DNA of 64,000 nucleotides from an uncultured Bacilli bacterium (GTDB lineage: Bacteria; Bacillota_I; Bacilli_A; RF39; UBA660), in the NCBI GenBank assembly GCA_947629375.1, contig CANRDN010000005.1, positions 6,968 through 70,967 of the forward strand, written 5' to 3'. Every line of letters starts with the position of its first letter. Within the stretch, counting starts at the first letter, position 1. Shown piece by piece: positions 37,485 through 49,733 of the stretch. Made by a program: the position numbers and the translations under genes. The notes below the pieces were generated by a model. The model saw only the letters and a list, made by a program, of their open reading frames with translations, had not been told where the DNA came from and did no database searches.

Positions 37485-37913
37485 ATGAATGAATATAGAT
37501 TTTCTGATATAAAAATAGGGATGGAAGAATCTTTTGAAGTAGAATTAACTGAAGAAAAATGTGAGCACTTTTTAAAGCTTGCGGGAGACATTAATCCACT
37601 TCATAATGATGTCAATTTTGCTAAAGATATGGGGTATCCAAATAAAGTACTTTGGGGTGGACTAACTTCTTCTTTTCTATCAACTTTAGCAGGTGTTTAT
37701 TTGCCTGGAAAATACAGTTTGATTCTAAGTGAAGAAATCCTTTTTAAAAAACCCGTTTTTCTTGCGGATAGTCCATTAACTATTCAAGGAAAAGTAATTG
37801 ATATAAATGTAGATTTTCACCAATTTACAATTGCTTTTTCTATCTATAATAACAAAAAAGAAAAGGTGGTTCGTGGAACTATGAAAGTAGGTGTATTGGA
37901 TGATGAAAGATAA
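37485..37913 (+). CDS. MaoC-like (R)-hydratase/dehydratase, hotdog fold
   Basis: ATG at 37485 after AGGTGA. Motif GDINPLHND and hotdog-fold length (about 142 aa). Confidence 0.7.
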   Translation: MNEYRFSDIKIGMEESFEVELTEEKCEHFLKLAGDINPLHNDVNFAKDMGYPNKVLWGGLTSSFLSTLAGVYLPGKYSLILSEEILFKKPVFLADSPLTIQGKVIDINVDFHQFTIAFSIYNNKKEKVVRGTMKVGVLDDER

Positions 37914-38637
37914 AATATTATTAGTGACAGGTGGTTCTTCTGATGTTGGAATGGCCTTAATTGAGAAAGTGCAGGATGACTTTGATTACATTATTGCCCA
38001 TCATATAGGAGATAATGAAAAGCTTCTTTCTTTAAAAGAAAAATTAGGTGACAAATTAATTCTTGTAAAAGGTGATTTTTTAAGTGAAGAAGATACTTAT
38101 AGATTTGTTGAAGAAATTAAATCTTTAGGTAAGATTCCGACTCATATTGTTCATTTGCCTGCAGGTCGTTTTGAAAATATTAAATTTACAAAAATAGGAT
38201 GGGAAAAGTTTGAAAAAGATTATCATATAGCTTTTCGTTCTCTAGTAATTATATTAAGTGCTTTCCTTCCTATGATGGAGAAAAATAAATTTGGAAGAAT
38301 TGTTGTTATGCTTACATCTTGTACTTTGAATATTCCACCAAAATATTTAGCTAGTTATGTATCAAGTAAGTATGCTCTATTAGGGCTTGTAAAAGCACTT
38401 GCAAATGAATATGCTGAAAAAGGTATACGTATAAACGGTGTATCTCCTTCTATGATGGATACTAAATTTTTAGATTCAATTCCTGATTTAATTGTTGAGC
38501 AAAATGCTTTAAAAAGTCCAACGGGAAAGAACTTGTCAGTAGAAGAGGTAGTCCCTACATTTCAATTTTTACTTTCCGATGATGCTCAAGGGATTACTGG
38601 TCAAAATTTGGCCATTACAAATGGAAATATAATGTAA
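37900..38637 (+). CDS. short-chain dehydrogenase/reductase (3-oxoacyl-ACP reductase-like)
   Basis: TGGSSDVG Rossmann motif. Catalytic YxxxK (YVSSKYALLG). Overlaps the maoC stop. Confidence 0.75.
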   Translation: MMKDKILLVTGGSSDVGMALIEKVQDDFDYIIAHHIGDNEKLLSLKEKLGDKLILVKGDFLSEEDTYRFVEEIKSLGKIPTHIVHLPAGRFENIKFTKIGWEKFEKDYHIAFRSLVIILSAFLPMMEKNKFGRIVVMLTSCTLNIPPKYLASYVSSKYALLGLVKALANEYAEKGIRINGVSPSMMDTKFLDSIPDLIVEQNALKSPTGKNLSVEEVVPTFQFLLSDDAQGITGQNLAITNGNIM

Positions 38638-38675
38638 AAATAAAAGTTTTATAATAATTTTAGTTTATTATATAA

Positions 38676-38712
38676 AGCAATCTATATTTAGATGGTTAAG
38701 ATTGCTTTTTGT
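38676..38712 (+). terminator. possible terminator
   Basis: AGCAATCT ... AGATTGCT stem with a long loop, followed by TTTTTG. Confidence 0.3.
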
Positions 38713-38730
38713 TGTGAGGAGTGAAGTAAT

Positions 38731-40269
38731 ATGAATTTAATTTCATTATCATTTGTTCTTTTGTGTATTATTACTTTGATAATTTACTTTGTTATACCAA
38801 AGAAAATACAATGGATTGTTCTACTTATATCGAGTCTTGTTTTTCTATTCTACGATAATTTTAGTTTAGGTACATTTTTACAAGCCGGAGTAGTACTTTT
38901 AACTACATATACAATGGCTCGATTAATTGAAAAAAATCGTGATTCGAAGAAAGCAAAATATTTCTTAATTACTGGAATTTTAATTGTTTTAGGAGTTTTA
39001 CTCTACATTAAATATTCAAATATGTTTTTGAGTATGTTTAATAGTTTATTTGGAATTGTCGGATTAAACTTCAAATTTAAAATGATAAATACAGTTTCTT
39101 TAGTTGGTATTAGCTATTATTCTTTAATAATGATTAGTTATATGACAGATGTTTATAGAGGAACTTGTAAAGCTCAAAAAAATATTCTTAAGTGTGCTTT
39201 ATTTGTTTATTATTTCCCAATTTTAAATTCAGGACCATTTATTAGATATGGTGAACCGGGGGGGGTAGAGAACAATTTATATAATGGCCACAAGTTTAGT
39301 TATGAGCATATGTGTAGTGGACTAATTCGTATTGCGTGGGGTGTTTTTAAAGTTCTCGTAATATCTATACGACTTGGTTATTTTGTCGACACTGTCTTTT
39401 CGGATTTAAATGCATACCCTGGTATATTTACAATTATTGCTGTTTGCTTCTTCCCATTACAACTTTATACAAACTTCTCTGGATCAATTGATATTATTAT
39501 GGGTGTATCAGAAATAATGGGAATTGAATTACCTGAAAACTTCACGTCACCATTTTTCTCACGTACTATTACGGAGTTTTGGCGTAACTGGCATATTACT
39601 CTTGGATCTTGGTTAAAAGATTATGTATTTTATCCTTTACAATTATCTAGTGGTATTCAAAAACTTACTAAATTCTGCAAAAATCATTTTGGTAAAAAAG
39701 CCGGCAAAAAGATTCCAATGTTTTTATCAATGTTTATTATGTGGATTTTGATTGGAGCCTGGCACGGTGGTGCAGTTAAATTTATTATTGGTTCCGGTGT
39801 TCTTCAGTTCGTGTATATATTACTCGAAGATTTATTGACGCCTATCTCAGAAAAGTTAAATAAAAAACTTGGTATTAATACAGATACTTTTGGATATAGA
39901 TTATATCAAATGGTTCGAACATTCTTATTATTTTCTTTAGCAATGGTTTTCTTCCGTGCTGATAGTGTATCAAACGCAATTGAAATATTTAAAAATATGT
40001 TTGTATGGAATCCTTGGGTATTACTTGATAATGCTTCATTGTATAATGCAGGACTTGATTTATTAGATTTTCGTATTTTAATAATTTCTTTAGTTGTACT
40101 ATTTATTGTCGACTATTTAAAAAGAAAAATGAATGTACGCGAAAAATTATTTAGTCAAAATATTGTTTTTCGTTGGTTACTAATTTATGCTTTGTTATTT
40201 TCAATTATCATTTTTGGTTGCTACGGTCCTGGTTATGATGCTGCAGACTTTATATATCGTGGCTTTTAG
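38731..40269 (+). CDS. MBOAT-family membrane-bound O-acyltransferase (DltB/AlgI/PatA-like)
   Basis: 512 aa polytopic protein with a conserved His in a WRNWHITLGSWLKDY context, typical of MBOAT. Confidence 0.85.
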   Translation: MNLISLSFVLLCIITLIIYFVIPKKIQWIVLLISSLVFLFYDNFSLGTFLQAGVVLLTTYTMARLIEKNRDSKKAKYFLITGILIVLGVLLYIKYSNMFLSMFNSLFGIVGLNFKFKMINTVSLVGISYYSLIMISYMTDVYRGTCKAQKNILKCALFVYYFPILNSGPFIRYGEPGGVENNLYNGHKFSYEHMCSGLIRIAWGVFKVLVISIRLGYFVDTVFSDLNAYPGIFTIIAVCFFPLQLYTNFSGSIDIIMGVSEIMGIELPENFTSPFFSRTITEFWRNWHITLGSWLKDYVFYPLQLSSGIQKLTKFCKNHFGKKAGKKIPMFLSMFIMWILIGAWHGGAVKFIIGSGVLQFVYILLEDLLTPISEKLNKKLGINTDTFGYRLYQMVRTFLLFSLAMVFFRADSVSNAIEIFKNMFVWNPWVLLDNASLYNAGLDLLDFRILIISLVVLFIVDYLKRKMNVREKLFSQNIVFRWLLIYALLFSIIIFGCYGPGYDAADFIYRGF

Positions 40270-40280
40270 GGGGCGAAAAA

Positions 40281-41330
40281 ATGAAAAAGATTGTAAAAAG
40301 TATTGTTTTTATTATCATTTTTTGCCTAATATGGAACTATGTTTTTAAAATACTTTGGATAAATGAAAGACCAATATCTCAATTTTACAAAGAACCAAAT
40401 GATTCCTTAGATGTTGTCTATATTGGTGCTAGTAATGCTTATAAATCTTTTAATACCACACTAGCTTTTAATGAATATGGATTTGCAACAGGATTTCTTG
40501 CAGATGGTTCTCAACCGTTTGAAATGACAAAATATCTTATAAAAGAATCAGAGAAGTATCAAAGCCCAGCTGTATATGTAATCGATATATATAGATTATG
40601 TGTCGGTTCAGCAATAGAAGGAAACATCCGTAATAGTACCGATTCTATGAAATTTTCTTTAAACAGGATAGACGCTATAAACGCAATGTTAAAATATTCT
40701 GATATTGTAAAAGATGACCCTAATACCAAGTCAAAAGATAATGCTTTATATTACTATTTTAGTTTTATGCTATACCATAACAAATGGAAAAATATATCTT
40801 ATGAGAACTTTTCTGAAAGCAAAGAGTTCTACAAAGGATATATGTTAACTAAAAATGAAATAGAAATAAATGAACAAGAAAACTTTATTTGGCAGGACGA
40901 TATCCAAGAAATTCCAAAGGAAAGGTTAGAAATTTTAAATGATCTTTTGGACTATATCGATTCAAGTAAAGTTAATGTCTTATTTGTAATACCTAATCAC
41001 GTTTATACACCAGAAGCTAATTCACAGTTTAATTATGTTACTAAAGTTATTGAAGATAGAGGCTATGATGTTATTAATTTTAATACTTTAGATGACTTTA
41101 GAGGAGATTACGCTACTGAATTTTATGATATTAGTCACTTTAATGTTTATGGAGCAACTAAATATACTTTGTATTTTGGTAAATATTTAAAAGAACACTA
41201 TAATTTACCAGATCATCGAGAAGATGAGAAGTATCACTCTTGGTACGAAGTATACGATAAACTTAAAGAAAGATATAAAGAGCTTACTGGTAATAATTTT
41301 GATGATATGCTTTCAAAATACAAAAAATAA
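40281..41330 (+). CDS. DltD/SGNH-like membrane-anchored acyltransferase partner (paralogue 1)
   Basis: N-terminal TM helix. Block I-like VVYIGASN and block V D-x-x-H (DISHFN). Lies directly downstream of the MBOAT gene. Confidence 0.55.
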   Translation: MKKIVKSIVFIIIFCLIWNYVFKILWINERPISQFYKEPNDSLDVVYIGASNAYKSFNTTLAFNEYGFATGFLADGSQPFEMTKYLIKESEKYQSPAVYVIDIYRLCVGSAIEGNIRNSTDSMKFSLNRIDAINAMLKYSDIVKDDPNTKSKDNALYYYFSFMLYHNKWKNISYENFSESKEFYKGYMLTKNEIEINEQENFIWQDDIQEIPKERLEILNDLLDYIDSSKVNVLFVIPNHVYTPEANSQFNYVTKVIEDRGYDVINFNTLDDFRGDYATEFYDISHFNVYGATKYTLYFGKYLKEHYNLPDHREDEKYHSWYEVYDKLKERYKELTGNNFDDMLSKYKK

Positions 41331-41354
41331 AAAAAATTATAATATCGAGGAGGT

Positions 41355-42428
41355 GTGAAAATGAAAAAAATTGCAAAAAGTCTTGTTTTTATCTTTATCT
41401 TTTGTCTATTGTGGAACTACACTTTTAAAATACTTTGGATGAGTGATAAACCAATAACTCAATTTTATGAAGAACCAAATGACTCTTTAGATGTTATCTA
41501 TATTGGTTCTAGCAACGTCTTTTCATCTTTTAATACCACCCTTGCATTTAATGAATATGGATTTGCAACGGGAATGCTTGCTGGGGCTTCTCAGCCATTC
41601 GAACTTGTAAAATACTTAATTAAAGAATCTGAAAAGTACCAAAAACCTGCTGTATATGTAATCGATTTATATAAAGCGTGTGCTAATACAGCAACAGAAG
41701 GAAATATCCGTAATACTACAGATGCTATGAAGTTTTCTTTAAATAGATTCGATGCCATAAATGCTATGTTAAAATATTCCGATATAGTAAAGGATGATTC
41801 TAATACCAAGTCAAAAGATAATGCTTTATATTACTACTTTAGCTTTATGCTATATCACAATAGATGGAAAAACTTATCTTACGATGATTTTTCTGAAAGT
41901 AGAACATTTTACAAGGGATATATGTTATCAAGTGAAGCCATAGAAGTTAATGAGCAAGATAACTTTGTTTGGCAAGATGACGTTCAAGAACTTCCCAAGG
42001 ATAATTTAGAGATTTTAAATAATCTTTTAGACTATATTGATTCAAGTAAAGTTAATGTCTTATTTATTGTCCCTAATAAAGTTTATATGCCTTCAGTTAA
42101 TTCACAAATGAATTATGCTATTAAAGTTATTGAAGATAGAGGTTATGAAGTTATTAATTTCAATACTTTAGATGACTTTAGAGGGGATTATGCTACAGAA
42201 TTTATGGATTATAATCATTATAATGTTTATGGAGCAACTAAATATACTTTGTATTTTGGAAAATATTTAAAAGAACATTACAATTTACCGGATCATCGAG
42301 AAGATGAGAGATATAGCTCTTGGTACGAAGTATACGAAAGAGTTAAAGAAAAATATAAAGAACTTACTGGTAATAATTTCGATGATATGCTTTCAAAATA
42401 CAAAAGTAAAAAAAGTTATTTCTCTTAA
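41355..42428 (+). CDS. DltD/SGNH-like membrane-anchored acyltransferase partner (paralogue 2)
   Basis: About 70% identical to 40281..41330 by eye. Same motifs VIYIGSSN and DYNHYN. Confidence 0.55.
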   Translation: MKMKKIAKSLVFIFIFCLLWNYTFKILWMSDKPITQFYEEPNDSLDVIYIGSSNVFSSFNTTLAFNEYGFATGMLAGASQPFELVKYLIKESEKYQKPAVYVIDLYKACANTATEGNIRNTTDAMKFSLNRFDAINAMLKYSDIVKDDSNTKSKDNALYYYFSFMLYHNRWKNLSYDDFSESRTFYKGYMLSSEAIEVNEQDNFVWQDDVQELPKDNLEILNNLLDYIDSSKVNVLFIVPNKVYMPSVNSQMNYAIKVIEDRGYEVINFNTLDDFRGDYATEFMDYNHYNVYGATKYTLYFGKYLKEHYNLPDHREDERYSSWYEVYERVKEKYKELTGNNFDDMLSKYKSKKSYFS

Positions 42429-42576
42429 TTTAGAAATAGCTTAACACTCAAAAATATTTATAACTTAAATACTTTTTAATAATATTAGTAAAATTTTATG
42501 TAAACTTTAGAATATCTTTAATTGCACCAATCAAAAAAGTTAAAAAATTATGTTACACTTTTAGTGGAGGTATCCT

Positions 42577-43491
42577 ATGGCGACAAGTAATGTAGATAAA
42601 AATTTACGATATATACAATTTTACTTTTTTAATCTTTTAGATGTAGCAAATAAATACAATAAAGATTTCACAGATGAAGAAAAAGACCAATTAGGTAACG
42701 AAATTCTTGAGAACGTAGAAAAAATATTTAAACATTTAACAAACAAAACCGAAATAACATATTTAGTAGCTTTACTTAATATGTACTTTACTGATACATC
42801 TTTTAAGCAAGGCTTGCAAACATTAATTCAAGAAAAAATCGCTCCAATGATTGATAAACTAGCTGAAAATGCCATTCAAAAAGAGAATCATAGTTATGCA
42901 TATTATTTTGAGAAAATGGTGGAAATAGCTCACGGAAATAATCCCAACAATGCAGAAAGTCAAGAAGATAAAGCAATTATGAATGCTAGTGTAACAGTAG
43001 AATTAAATTATGCCTTGAGATGTATGAGTGCAAAAGTAAAAACTCCTCAAGATAAATATGAATTATTAAATTTAATTGATCAAAGACTATCTGATACACC
43101 TTACGATAAAAAAATAAAAAACATCCTAAGTTATAAGATTAATGAATTGCCACTACAAAAAAATGTCGCTGTAGAAGATAAAAATGAAAAATTACATTCT
43201 CAATATTTATCATTTTTTGAAGATTTAAAAACAAGATTTAGAAAAGTTAGAGAATCTTGTGATGGTATATTCAAACACAGCTTTAGAGATGATGACCTTG
43301 AAATATTGATTGGTCAAATCAAAAAAATAAGAAACGACTTTTATAATATGGACTTTAGAAAGTTTGGACTTACAGAAACTGAAAAACGCGAATTAACGAA
43401 TTTCATTGATGCTGTAGAGGATTTGTATAAAAAAATGTTAAATATGCAGGATGATTTAGAAGAATTAAATCATCATCATTATGGGCGTTAA
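42577..43491 (+). CDS. hypothetical cytoplasmic helical protein (304 aa), paralogous to the C-terminal region of 35367..36977
   Basis: RBS GGAGG. Shared motifs listed under the 35367..36977 feature. Confidence 0.5.
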   Translation: MATSNVDKNLRYIQFYFFNLLDVANKYNKDFTDEEKDQLGNEILENVEKIFKHLTNKTEITYLVALLNMYFTDTSFKQGLQTLIQEKIAPMIDKLAENAIQKENHSYAYYFEKMVEIAHGNNPNNAESQEDKAIMNASVTVELNYALRCMSAKVKTPQDKYELLNLIDQRLSDTPYDKKIKNILSYKINELPLQKNVAVEDKNEKLHSQYLSFFEDLKTRFRKVRESCDGIFKHSFRDDDLEILIGQIKKIRNDFYNMDFRKFGLTETEKRELTNFIDAVEDLYKKMLNMQDDLEELNHHHYGR

Positions 43492-43527
43492 AATAGAAAT
43501 ACCTTAACACATAAATAGAATGTATGA

Positions 43528-44778
<1,251 letters not shown>

Positions 44779-44809
44779 ATTCCAATAAAAATTAAATAGT
44801 GATAAGATA

Positions 44810-44836
44810 AATGTAGACAGGATTGTCTACATTTAT
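44810..44836 (+). terminator. rho-independent terminator (weak T tract)
   Basis: AATGTAGACA-GGAT-TGTCTACATT hairpin followed by TATCAAA. Confidence 0.45.
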
Positions 44837-44884
44837 CAAATTATTTAGATGAATGATGATGGCATATAACGAAAAGAGGTACGA

Positions 44885-46663
44885 ATGAGAGAATTAGAAT
44901 ATCCTTTTGATTCAGAATTGTTAATTAAAAACAAAAGGAAAATAAAAAAAGAACTATTACAAAATGATAATTTTATTGAAAAGAAAATAGCAATATTAGG
45001 TGGTTCAACAACTAGTGAAATAAAAAATATGTTGGAATTATTTTTATTGAATTATGGAATTAAACCAACTTTTTATGAATCTGAATATAATAAGTTTTAT
45101 GAAGATGCTGTATTTGGTAACGATGAATTAAACGAATTTAATCCAGATATAATTTATATTCATACGACTAATAGAAATATTACAAATTATCCAACTATGC
45201 TTGATGATAAAAAGACAGTCGATGAAATGTTACAAGCAGAATATGACAAGTTTGAAAAAGTTTGGGATTCACTATTAAATAAATTTAATGCAACTATTAT
45301 TCAAAATAATTTTGAATATCCATATTATCGTTTACTAGGTAATAAGGATGCTAGTGATATTCACGGTAAAATAAACTTTATTACCAAGTTGAATCAAAAG
45401 TTTTATGATTATGCAAATATTACTAAAAATTTCTTTATAAATGACATCAATTATGTTTCATCTTGTTATGGTTTAGATAAATGGTCTAACCAGTTTTATT
45501 GGCATATGTATAAATATGCGATGGAAGTACCTGCAATTCCATATTTATCATTCAATATAGCAAATATTATCAAGTCTATTTATGGTAAAAATAAAAAAGC
45601 TTTTGTCCTTGATTTAGACAATACTCTATGGGGTGGAATAGTTGGAGATGATGGAGTAGATAACTTAAGTATCGGTCCAGAAGTCCCAACAGGACAAGTT
45701 TATTTGGAATTTCAACAATATTTAAAAGAACATAAAAATTTAGGTATTATACTAAATGTAAACTCTAAAAACGATTATGAAAATGCAATAGCAGGATTAA
45801 ATCATCCAGGAGGAGCTTTAAAGCCAGAAGACTTTATAATCATAAAAGCCAATTGGAACCCTAAAAATATGAATATAAAAGATATATCAGAAGAGTTAAA
45901 CTTGGGTGCAGATAGCTTTGTCTTTGTAGATGATAATCCTGTTGAGAGAAATATCGTTAAAACTTATATTGAAGGAATAGCAACGCCTGAAGTAGATGTA
46001 CCTGAAAACTATATCAAAATAATAGATAGAAATGCTTATTTTGAAATGACCAATTTTAGTGAGGAAGACATTAAGAAGACAGACCTTTATAAGGATAATG
46101 CTAAAAGAAGTCAAATGATGGCTACTTTTGATAATTATGATGATTATTTAAAATCACTTAAAATGGTGGCAGAAATATCTTCATTTAAGCCAATTTATCT
46201 AGAAAGAATATCACAGCTTAGCAACAAGAGTAATCAGTTTAATTTAACTACTAAGAGATACTCACTTGCTGATATCGAAGAAGTTTATAATAGTGATGAA
46301 TATATTAAAATATATGGAAAGTTAGAAGATATCTTTGGGGATAATGGAGTTATATCAGTAGTAATTGGACATATCAAAAAGAAAAAAGAATTACATATCG
46401 ACTTATGGATAATGAGTTGTAGAGTATTAAAAAGAGATATGGAATTTGCTATGATGGATGAACTTGTTAGAAGATCTCTTGAAAAAGGTATCAAAACAAT
46501 TTATGGTTACTATTATCCAACTCAAAAGAATAAAATGGTTAAAGAATTTTATGAGACTCAAGGATTTGAATTATTAGAGTGTGATAGTGATGGAAACAAG
46601 ACTTATAAATTAGAACTTGATAATTATGAAAATAAAAATAATGTAATAGAGGTGAAAGAGTAA
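44885..46663 (+). CDS. FkbH-like HAD-IIIC family protein with a C-terminal acyltransferase-like domain
   Basis: HAD motif I in VLDLDNTLWGGIVGDDG. 592 aa. The stop overlaps the start of the downstream carrier protein (ATGA). Confidence 0.65.
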   Translation: MRELEYPFDSELLIKNKRKIKKELLQNDNFIEKKIAILGGSTTSEIKNMLELFLLNYGIKPTFYESEYNKFYEDAVFGNDELNEFNPDIIYIHTTNRNITNYPTMLDDKKTVDEMLQAEYDKFEKVWDSLLNKFNATIIQNNFEYPYYRLLGNKDASDIHGKINFITKLNQKFYDYANITKNFFINDINYVSSCYGLDKWSNQFYWHMYKYAMEVPAIPYLSFNIANIIKSIYGKNKKAFVLDLDNTLWGGIVGDDGVDNLSIGPEVPTGQVYLEFQQYLKEHKNLGIILNVNSKNDYENAIAGLNHPGGALKPEDFIIIKANWNPKNMNIKDISEELNLGADSFVFVDDNPVERNIVKTYIEGIATPEVDVPENYIKIIDRNAYFEMTNFSEEDIKKTDLYKDNAKRSQMMATFDNYDDYLKSLKMVAEISSFKPIYLERISQLSNKSNQFNLTTKRYSLADIEEVYNSDEYIKIYGKLEDIFGDNGVISVVIGHIKKKKELHIDLWIMSCRVLKRDMEFAMMDELVRRSLEKGIKTIYGYYYPTQKNKMVKEFYETQGFELLECDSDGNKTYKLELDNYENKNNVIEVKE

Positions 46664-46905
46664 TGAAAAAAGAAGAAGTATACGAAAGACTAAATGGAGT
46701 TTTTAGAGATGTATTTGATGACGAATCAATCGTAGTAAAACCAGAAACAACTTCAAGTGATATCGAAGATTGGGATAGCTTAGAGCATATTAACCTAGTT
46801 GTTGCAGTAGAACAAGAATTCGGAATAAAATTTAATATGAATGAAGTTACTTCAATGAAAAATGTTGGAGAAATGGTCGATATTATTTTAAGTAGAGTTA
46901 AGTAG
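46663..46905 (+). CDS. acyl carrier protein (stand-alone)
   Basis: 80 aa. The phosphopantetheine attachment context DIEDWDSLEHINLVVAVEQEFG matches the carrier-protein DSL motif. Confidence 0.75.
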   Translation: MKKEEVYERLNGVFRDVFDDESIVVKPETTSSDIEDWDSLEHINLVVAVEQEFGIKFNMNEVTSMKNVGEMVDIILSRVK

Positions 46906-46944
46906 AAATAGATAAGTGAAAAAGGAAATAGATAAGTGAAAAAG
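46905..46944 (+). repeat. perfect 20-bp tandem direct repeat x 2 (GAAATAGATAAGTGAAAAAG)
   Basis: Read directly, immediately after the ACP stop codon. Confidence 0.7.
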
Positions 46945-47057
46945 GACTTGATTTATCTTCAATTTTAATGTATATTAATATTGCTTGTTTTACCTAAGTA
47001 TTGGAGTTTTCCGACCAATACCTGGATAAAATGAATTAGAAATAGGAGGAAAAGAAA

Positions 47058-47327
47058 ATGGCTTTAACTAAAGAAACTAAAAGTGAAATAGTTAAAAAGT
47101 TCGCTAAGAATCCAAAGGATACTGGTTCTGCTGAAGTACAAATCGCAATCTTAACTGCAGAAATCAATGCTTTAACAAAGCACTTAGAGGAACACAAACA
47201 CGACCATCACTCAAGAAGAGGACTTTTAAAGAAAGTTGGTCAACGTAAGACTATGTTAGCATACCTTGCTAGAACTGATATTAATAGTTATAGAAAAGTA
47301 ATCGCTGATTTAGGATTAAGAAAATAA
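47058..47327 (+). CDS. rpsO: 30S ribosomal protein S15
   Basis: 89 aa with the canonical S15 sequence ([11 protein letters not shown]..., [10 protein letters not shown]). Confidence 0.95.
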   Translation: MALTKETKSEIVKKFAKNPKDTGSAEVQIAILTAEINALTKHLEEHKHDHHSRRGLLKKVGQRKTMLAYLARTDINSYRKVIADLGLRK

Positions 47328-47339
47328 TTAAATAAAAGT

Positions 47340-47368
47340 AGACACTTATTTTTAGTGTCTTCTTTTTT
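47340..47368 (+). terminator. rho-independent terminator after rpsO
   Basis: AGACACT-TATTTTT-AGTGTCT hairpin followed by TCTTTTTT. Confidence 0.6.
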
Positions 47369-47467
47369 GATATTTTGGGGCATATATATTATGTTATTGT
47401 AGTAAATATAATAATTATTTGTTGTATTTCCTACAATAATATAAGGCCCCGTAGTAGGAGGTAAAAA

Positions 47468-49687
47468 ATGTCAAAAAGAGTATTTGAAATGGATTTTAGG
47501 GGGAGAAAATTAGTTGTCGAAAATGGTGAGATGGCTAAACAAGCTAATGGGGCAGTACTTGTTAGATATGGTGATACTGTTATTTTATCTACAGTAGTTG
47601 TAAAAAAAGAAGCAAACCTTTTAAGTGACTTCTTCCCATTAATGGTAATTTACCAAGAAAAACTTTATTCAGTTGGTAAAATTCCAGGAGGATTTATAAA
47701 AAGAGAAGGTAAGCCAACAGATGCTGCCACTCTTGCTGCAAGAATGATTGATAGACCAATGAGACCGATGTTTAGAGAAGGTTTCAAAAACGAAGTACAA
47801 ATTGTTAATACTGTTTTGTCAGTAGACACTGATAATTCACCAGAACTTACTGCAATGTTTGGATCAAGTCTATGTACAAGCATAAGTGAAGTACCATTTG
47901 ATGGACCAATTGCTGGAGTTAAAGTAGGATGTATCAATGGAGAATTTGTAATAAACCCAACACCAGCACAACTTGAAGAATCAGTTCTTGATTTGACAGT
48001 TGCAGGTACAAAAGATGCTATCAATATGGTTGAAGCAGGTAGTAAAGAAGTATCTGAAGAGTTGATGCTTGATGCTTTGATGTATGGTCACGAAGCAATC
48101 AAAGAATTATGTGCTTTCCAAGAAGAAATAATAAAAGAAATTGGAAAACCAGATATGGAATATGAAACTCTTGAAATAACTGATGAATTTAAAGAAGAAA
48201 TCAAAGCTTTAGCAGAAGAGAAGATGAATGTAGCTTTAAGAATTAAAGATAAACTTGAAAAATATGCTGCTATCGATGCTGTTAAAGAAGAAGTAGTAAA
48301 TAAATACACAGAAGAGTTTGAAGAAAAATTAAAAGAAGAAGAGTTTAACGAATTAATAACTAAAGTTAAATTAGTTCTTGAAGAAATAGAATATGAAATA
48401 TTTAGAGAAATAGTTGTTAAAGAAAAGACAAGGTCAGATGGAAGAAAAATGACAGAGATTCGTCCTTTATCAACAGACATCGATATTTTACCAAGAACAC
48501 ACGGATCTGCTTTATTTACTCGTGGTGAAACTCAAAGTTTAGCAGTTACAACTTTAGGTGCACTTGGAGAACATCAAATTCTTGATGGGTTATCTCTAGA
48601 AGCAGAAAAAAGATTTATGCTTCACTATAACTTCCCAGCTTTCTCAGTAGGTGAAACAGGAAGATATGGAGCACCTGGAAGACGTGAAATAGGTCACGGA
48701 GCATTAGGTGAAAGAGCACTTTTACAAGTAATGCCAAGTGAAGAGGAATTCCCTTACACTGTTCGTGTCGTATCAGAAATTCTTGAGTCAAATGGATCAA
48801 GTTCACAAGCTACAATCTGTGCTGGATGCTTATCACTAATGGCTGCTGGAGTTCCTATTAAAGCACCAGTTGCCGGAATTGCTATGGGTCTTATTACTCA
48901 CGGTGATGATTACACAATCTTAACTGATATTCAAGGAATGGAAGATCACTTAGGAGATATGGACTTTAAAGTAGCAGGAACTCGTGAAGGTATTTGTTCA
49001 CTTCAGATGGATATCAAGATTAAAGGAATTACAAAACAAATCTTAAAAGAAGCTTTAGCTCAAGCTAAGGATGCCCGTATGGAAATTCTTGATGTTATGG
49101 AAAAACAAATTAAAGAACCAAGAAAAGAAGTTAGTAAGTATGCTCCAAAGATGGTTACATTTATGATTAAACCAGAAAAGATTAAAGATGTAATCGGTAA
49201 AGGTGGAGAGATGATTACTAAGATTATTCTTGAGGCTAGTAATGTTAAGACAGTAAACGATGTTAATGCTGTTAAAGTTGACCTTGAAGATGATGGAAGA
49301 GTTACAATTTATCATACAGATAAAGAAGTAATTGAAAAGACTTCTCAAATGATTCAAGATATCGTTCGTGAAGTAGAAGAAGGAAAATTATACACAGCTA
49401 AGGTAGTTAAAATAGAAGAATTCGGATGTTTCGTTCAAGTATGGCCTGGATGTGAAGGATTAGTTCATATTTCAGAACTTGCTAAAGACCGTGTTGAAAA
49501 AACAACAGATGTAGTCTCTTTAGGAGATGAAATAGTTGTTAAATGTATCGGATGGGATAAGAAAGGAAGATTAAACTTCTCTCGTAAAAAAGTATTCCAA
49601 GATGATAACAAAGAAACAAAAGAAAATAAAAAATCTCATTCTAAAAAGAATGAAGAATTAGAAGAAGAAAACAAAGTAGAAGAGTAA
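47468..49687 (+). CDS. pnp: polyribonucleotide nucleotidyltransferase (PNPase)
   Basis: 739 aa with two RNase PH domains plus KH and S1 domains. RBS AGGAGG. Confidence 0.95.
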   Translation: MSKRVFEMDFRGRKLVVENGEMAKQANGAVLVRYGDTVILSTVVVKKEANLLSDFFPLMVIYQEKLYSVGKIPGGFIKREGKPTDAATLAARMIDRPMRPMFREGFKNEVQIVNTVLSVDTDNSPELTAMFGSSLCTSISEVPFDGPIAGVKVGCINGEFVINPTPAQLEESVLDLTVAGTKDAINMVEAGSKEVSEELMLDALMYGHEAIKELCAFQEEIIKEIGKPDMEYETLEITDEFKEEIKALAEEKMNVALRIKDKLEKYAAIDAVKEEVVNKYTEEFEEKLKEEEFNELITKVKLVLEEIEYEIFREIVVKEKTRSDGRKMTEIRPLSTDIDILPRTHGSALFTRGETQSLAVTTLGALGEHQILDGLSLEAEKRFMLHYNFPAFSVGETGRYGAPGRREIGHGALGERALLQVMPSEEEFPYTVRVVSEILESNGSSSQATICAGCLSLMAAGVPIKAPVAGIAMGLITHGDDYTILTDIQGMEDHLGDMDFKVAGTREGICSLQMDIKIKGITKQILKEALAQAKDARMEILDVMEKQIKEPRKEVSKYAPKMVTFMIKPEKIKDVIGKGGEMITKIILEASNVKTVNDVNAVKVDLEDDGRVTIYHTDKEVIEKTSQMIQDIVREVEEGKLYTAKVVKIEEFGCFVQVWPGCEGLVHISELAKDRVEKTTDVVSLGDEIVVKCIGWDKKGRLNFSRKKVFQDDNKETKENKKSHSKKNEELEEENKVEE

Positions 49688-49733
49688 AAACTCTTCTTTT
49701 TTTACCAAAAAAAGTAGGAATATTCCTACTTTA
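49681..49733. terminator. pnp terminator plus an 18-nt perfect palindrome, a bidirectional terminator between the convergent pnp and tmcAL genes
   Basis: AGAG-TAAAAA-CTCT followed by T7 at 49681-49703. AGTAGGAATATTCCTACT at 49713-49730. Confidence 0.5.

Noticed and set aside
37046-37591. Long (181-aa) minus-strand ORF including an N-terminal extension of AcpS.
   Set aside because: AcpS homology begins at the internal Met (MITVKIGCDIV). The upstream 76 codons are hydrophobic junk that overlaps the maoC promoter and 5' end. The gene is called as 37046..37363.
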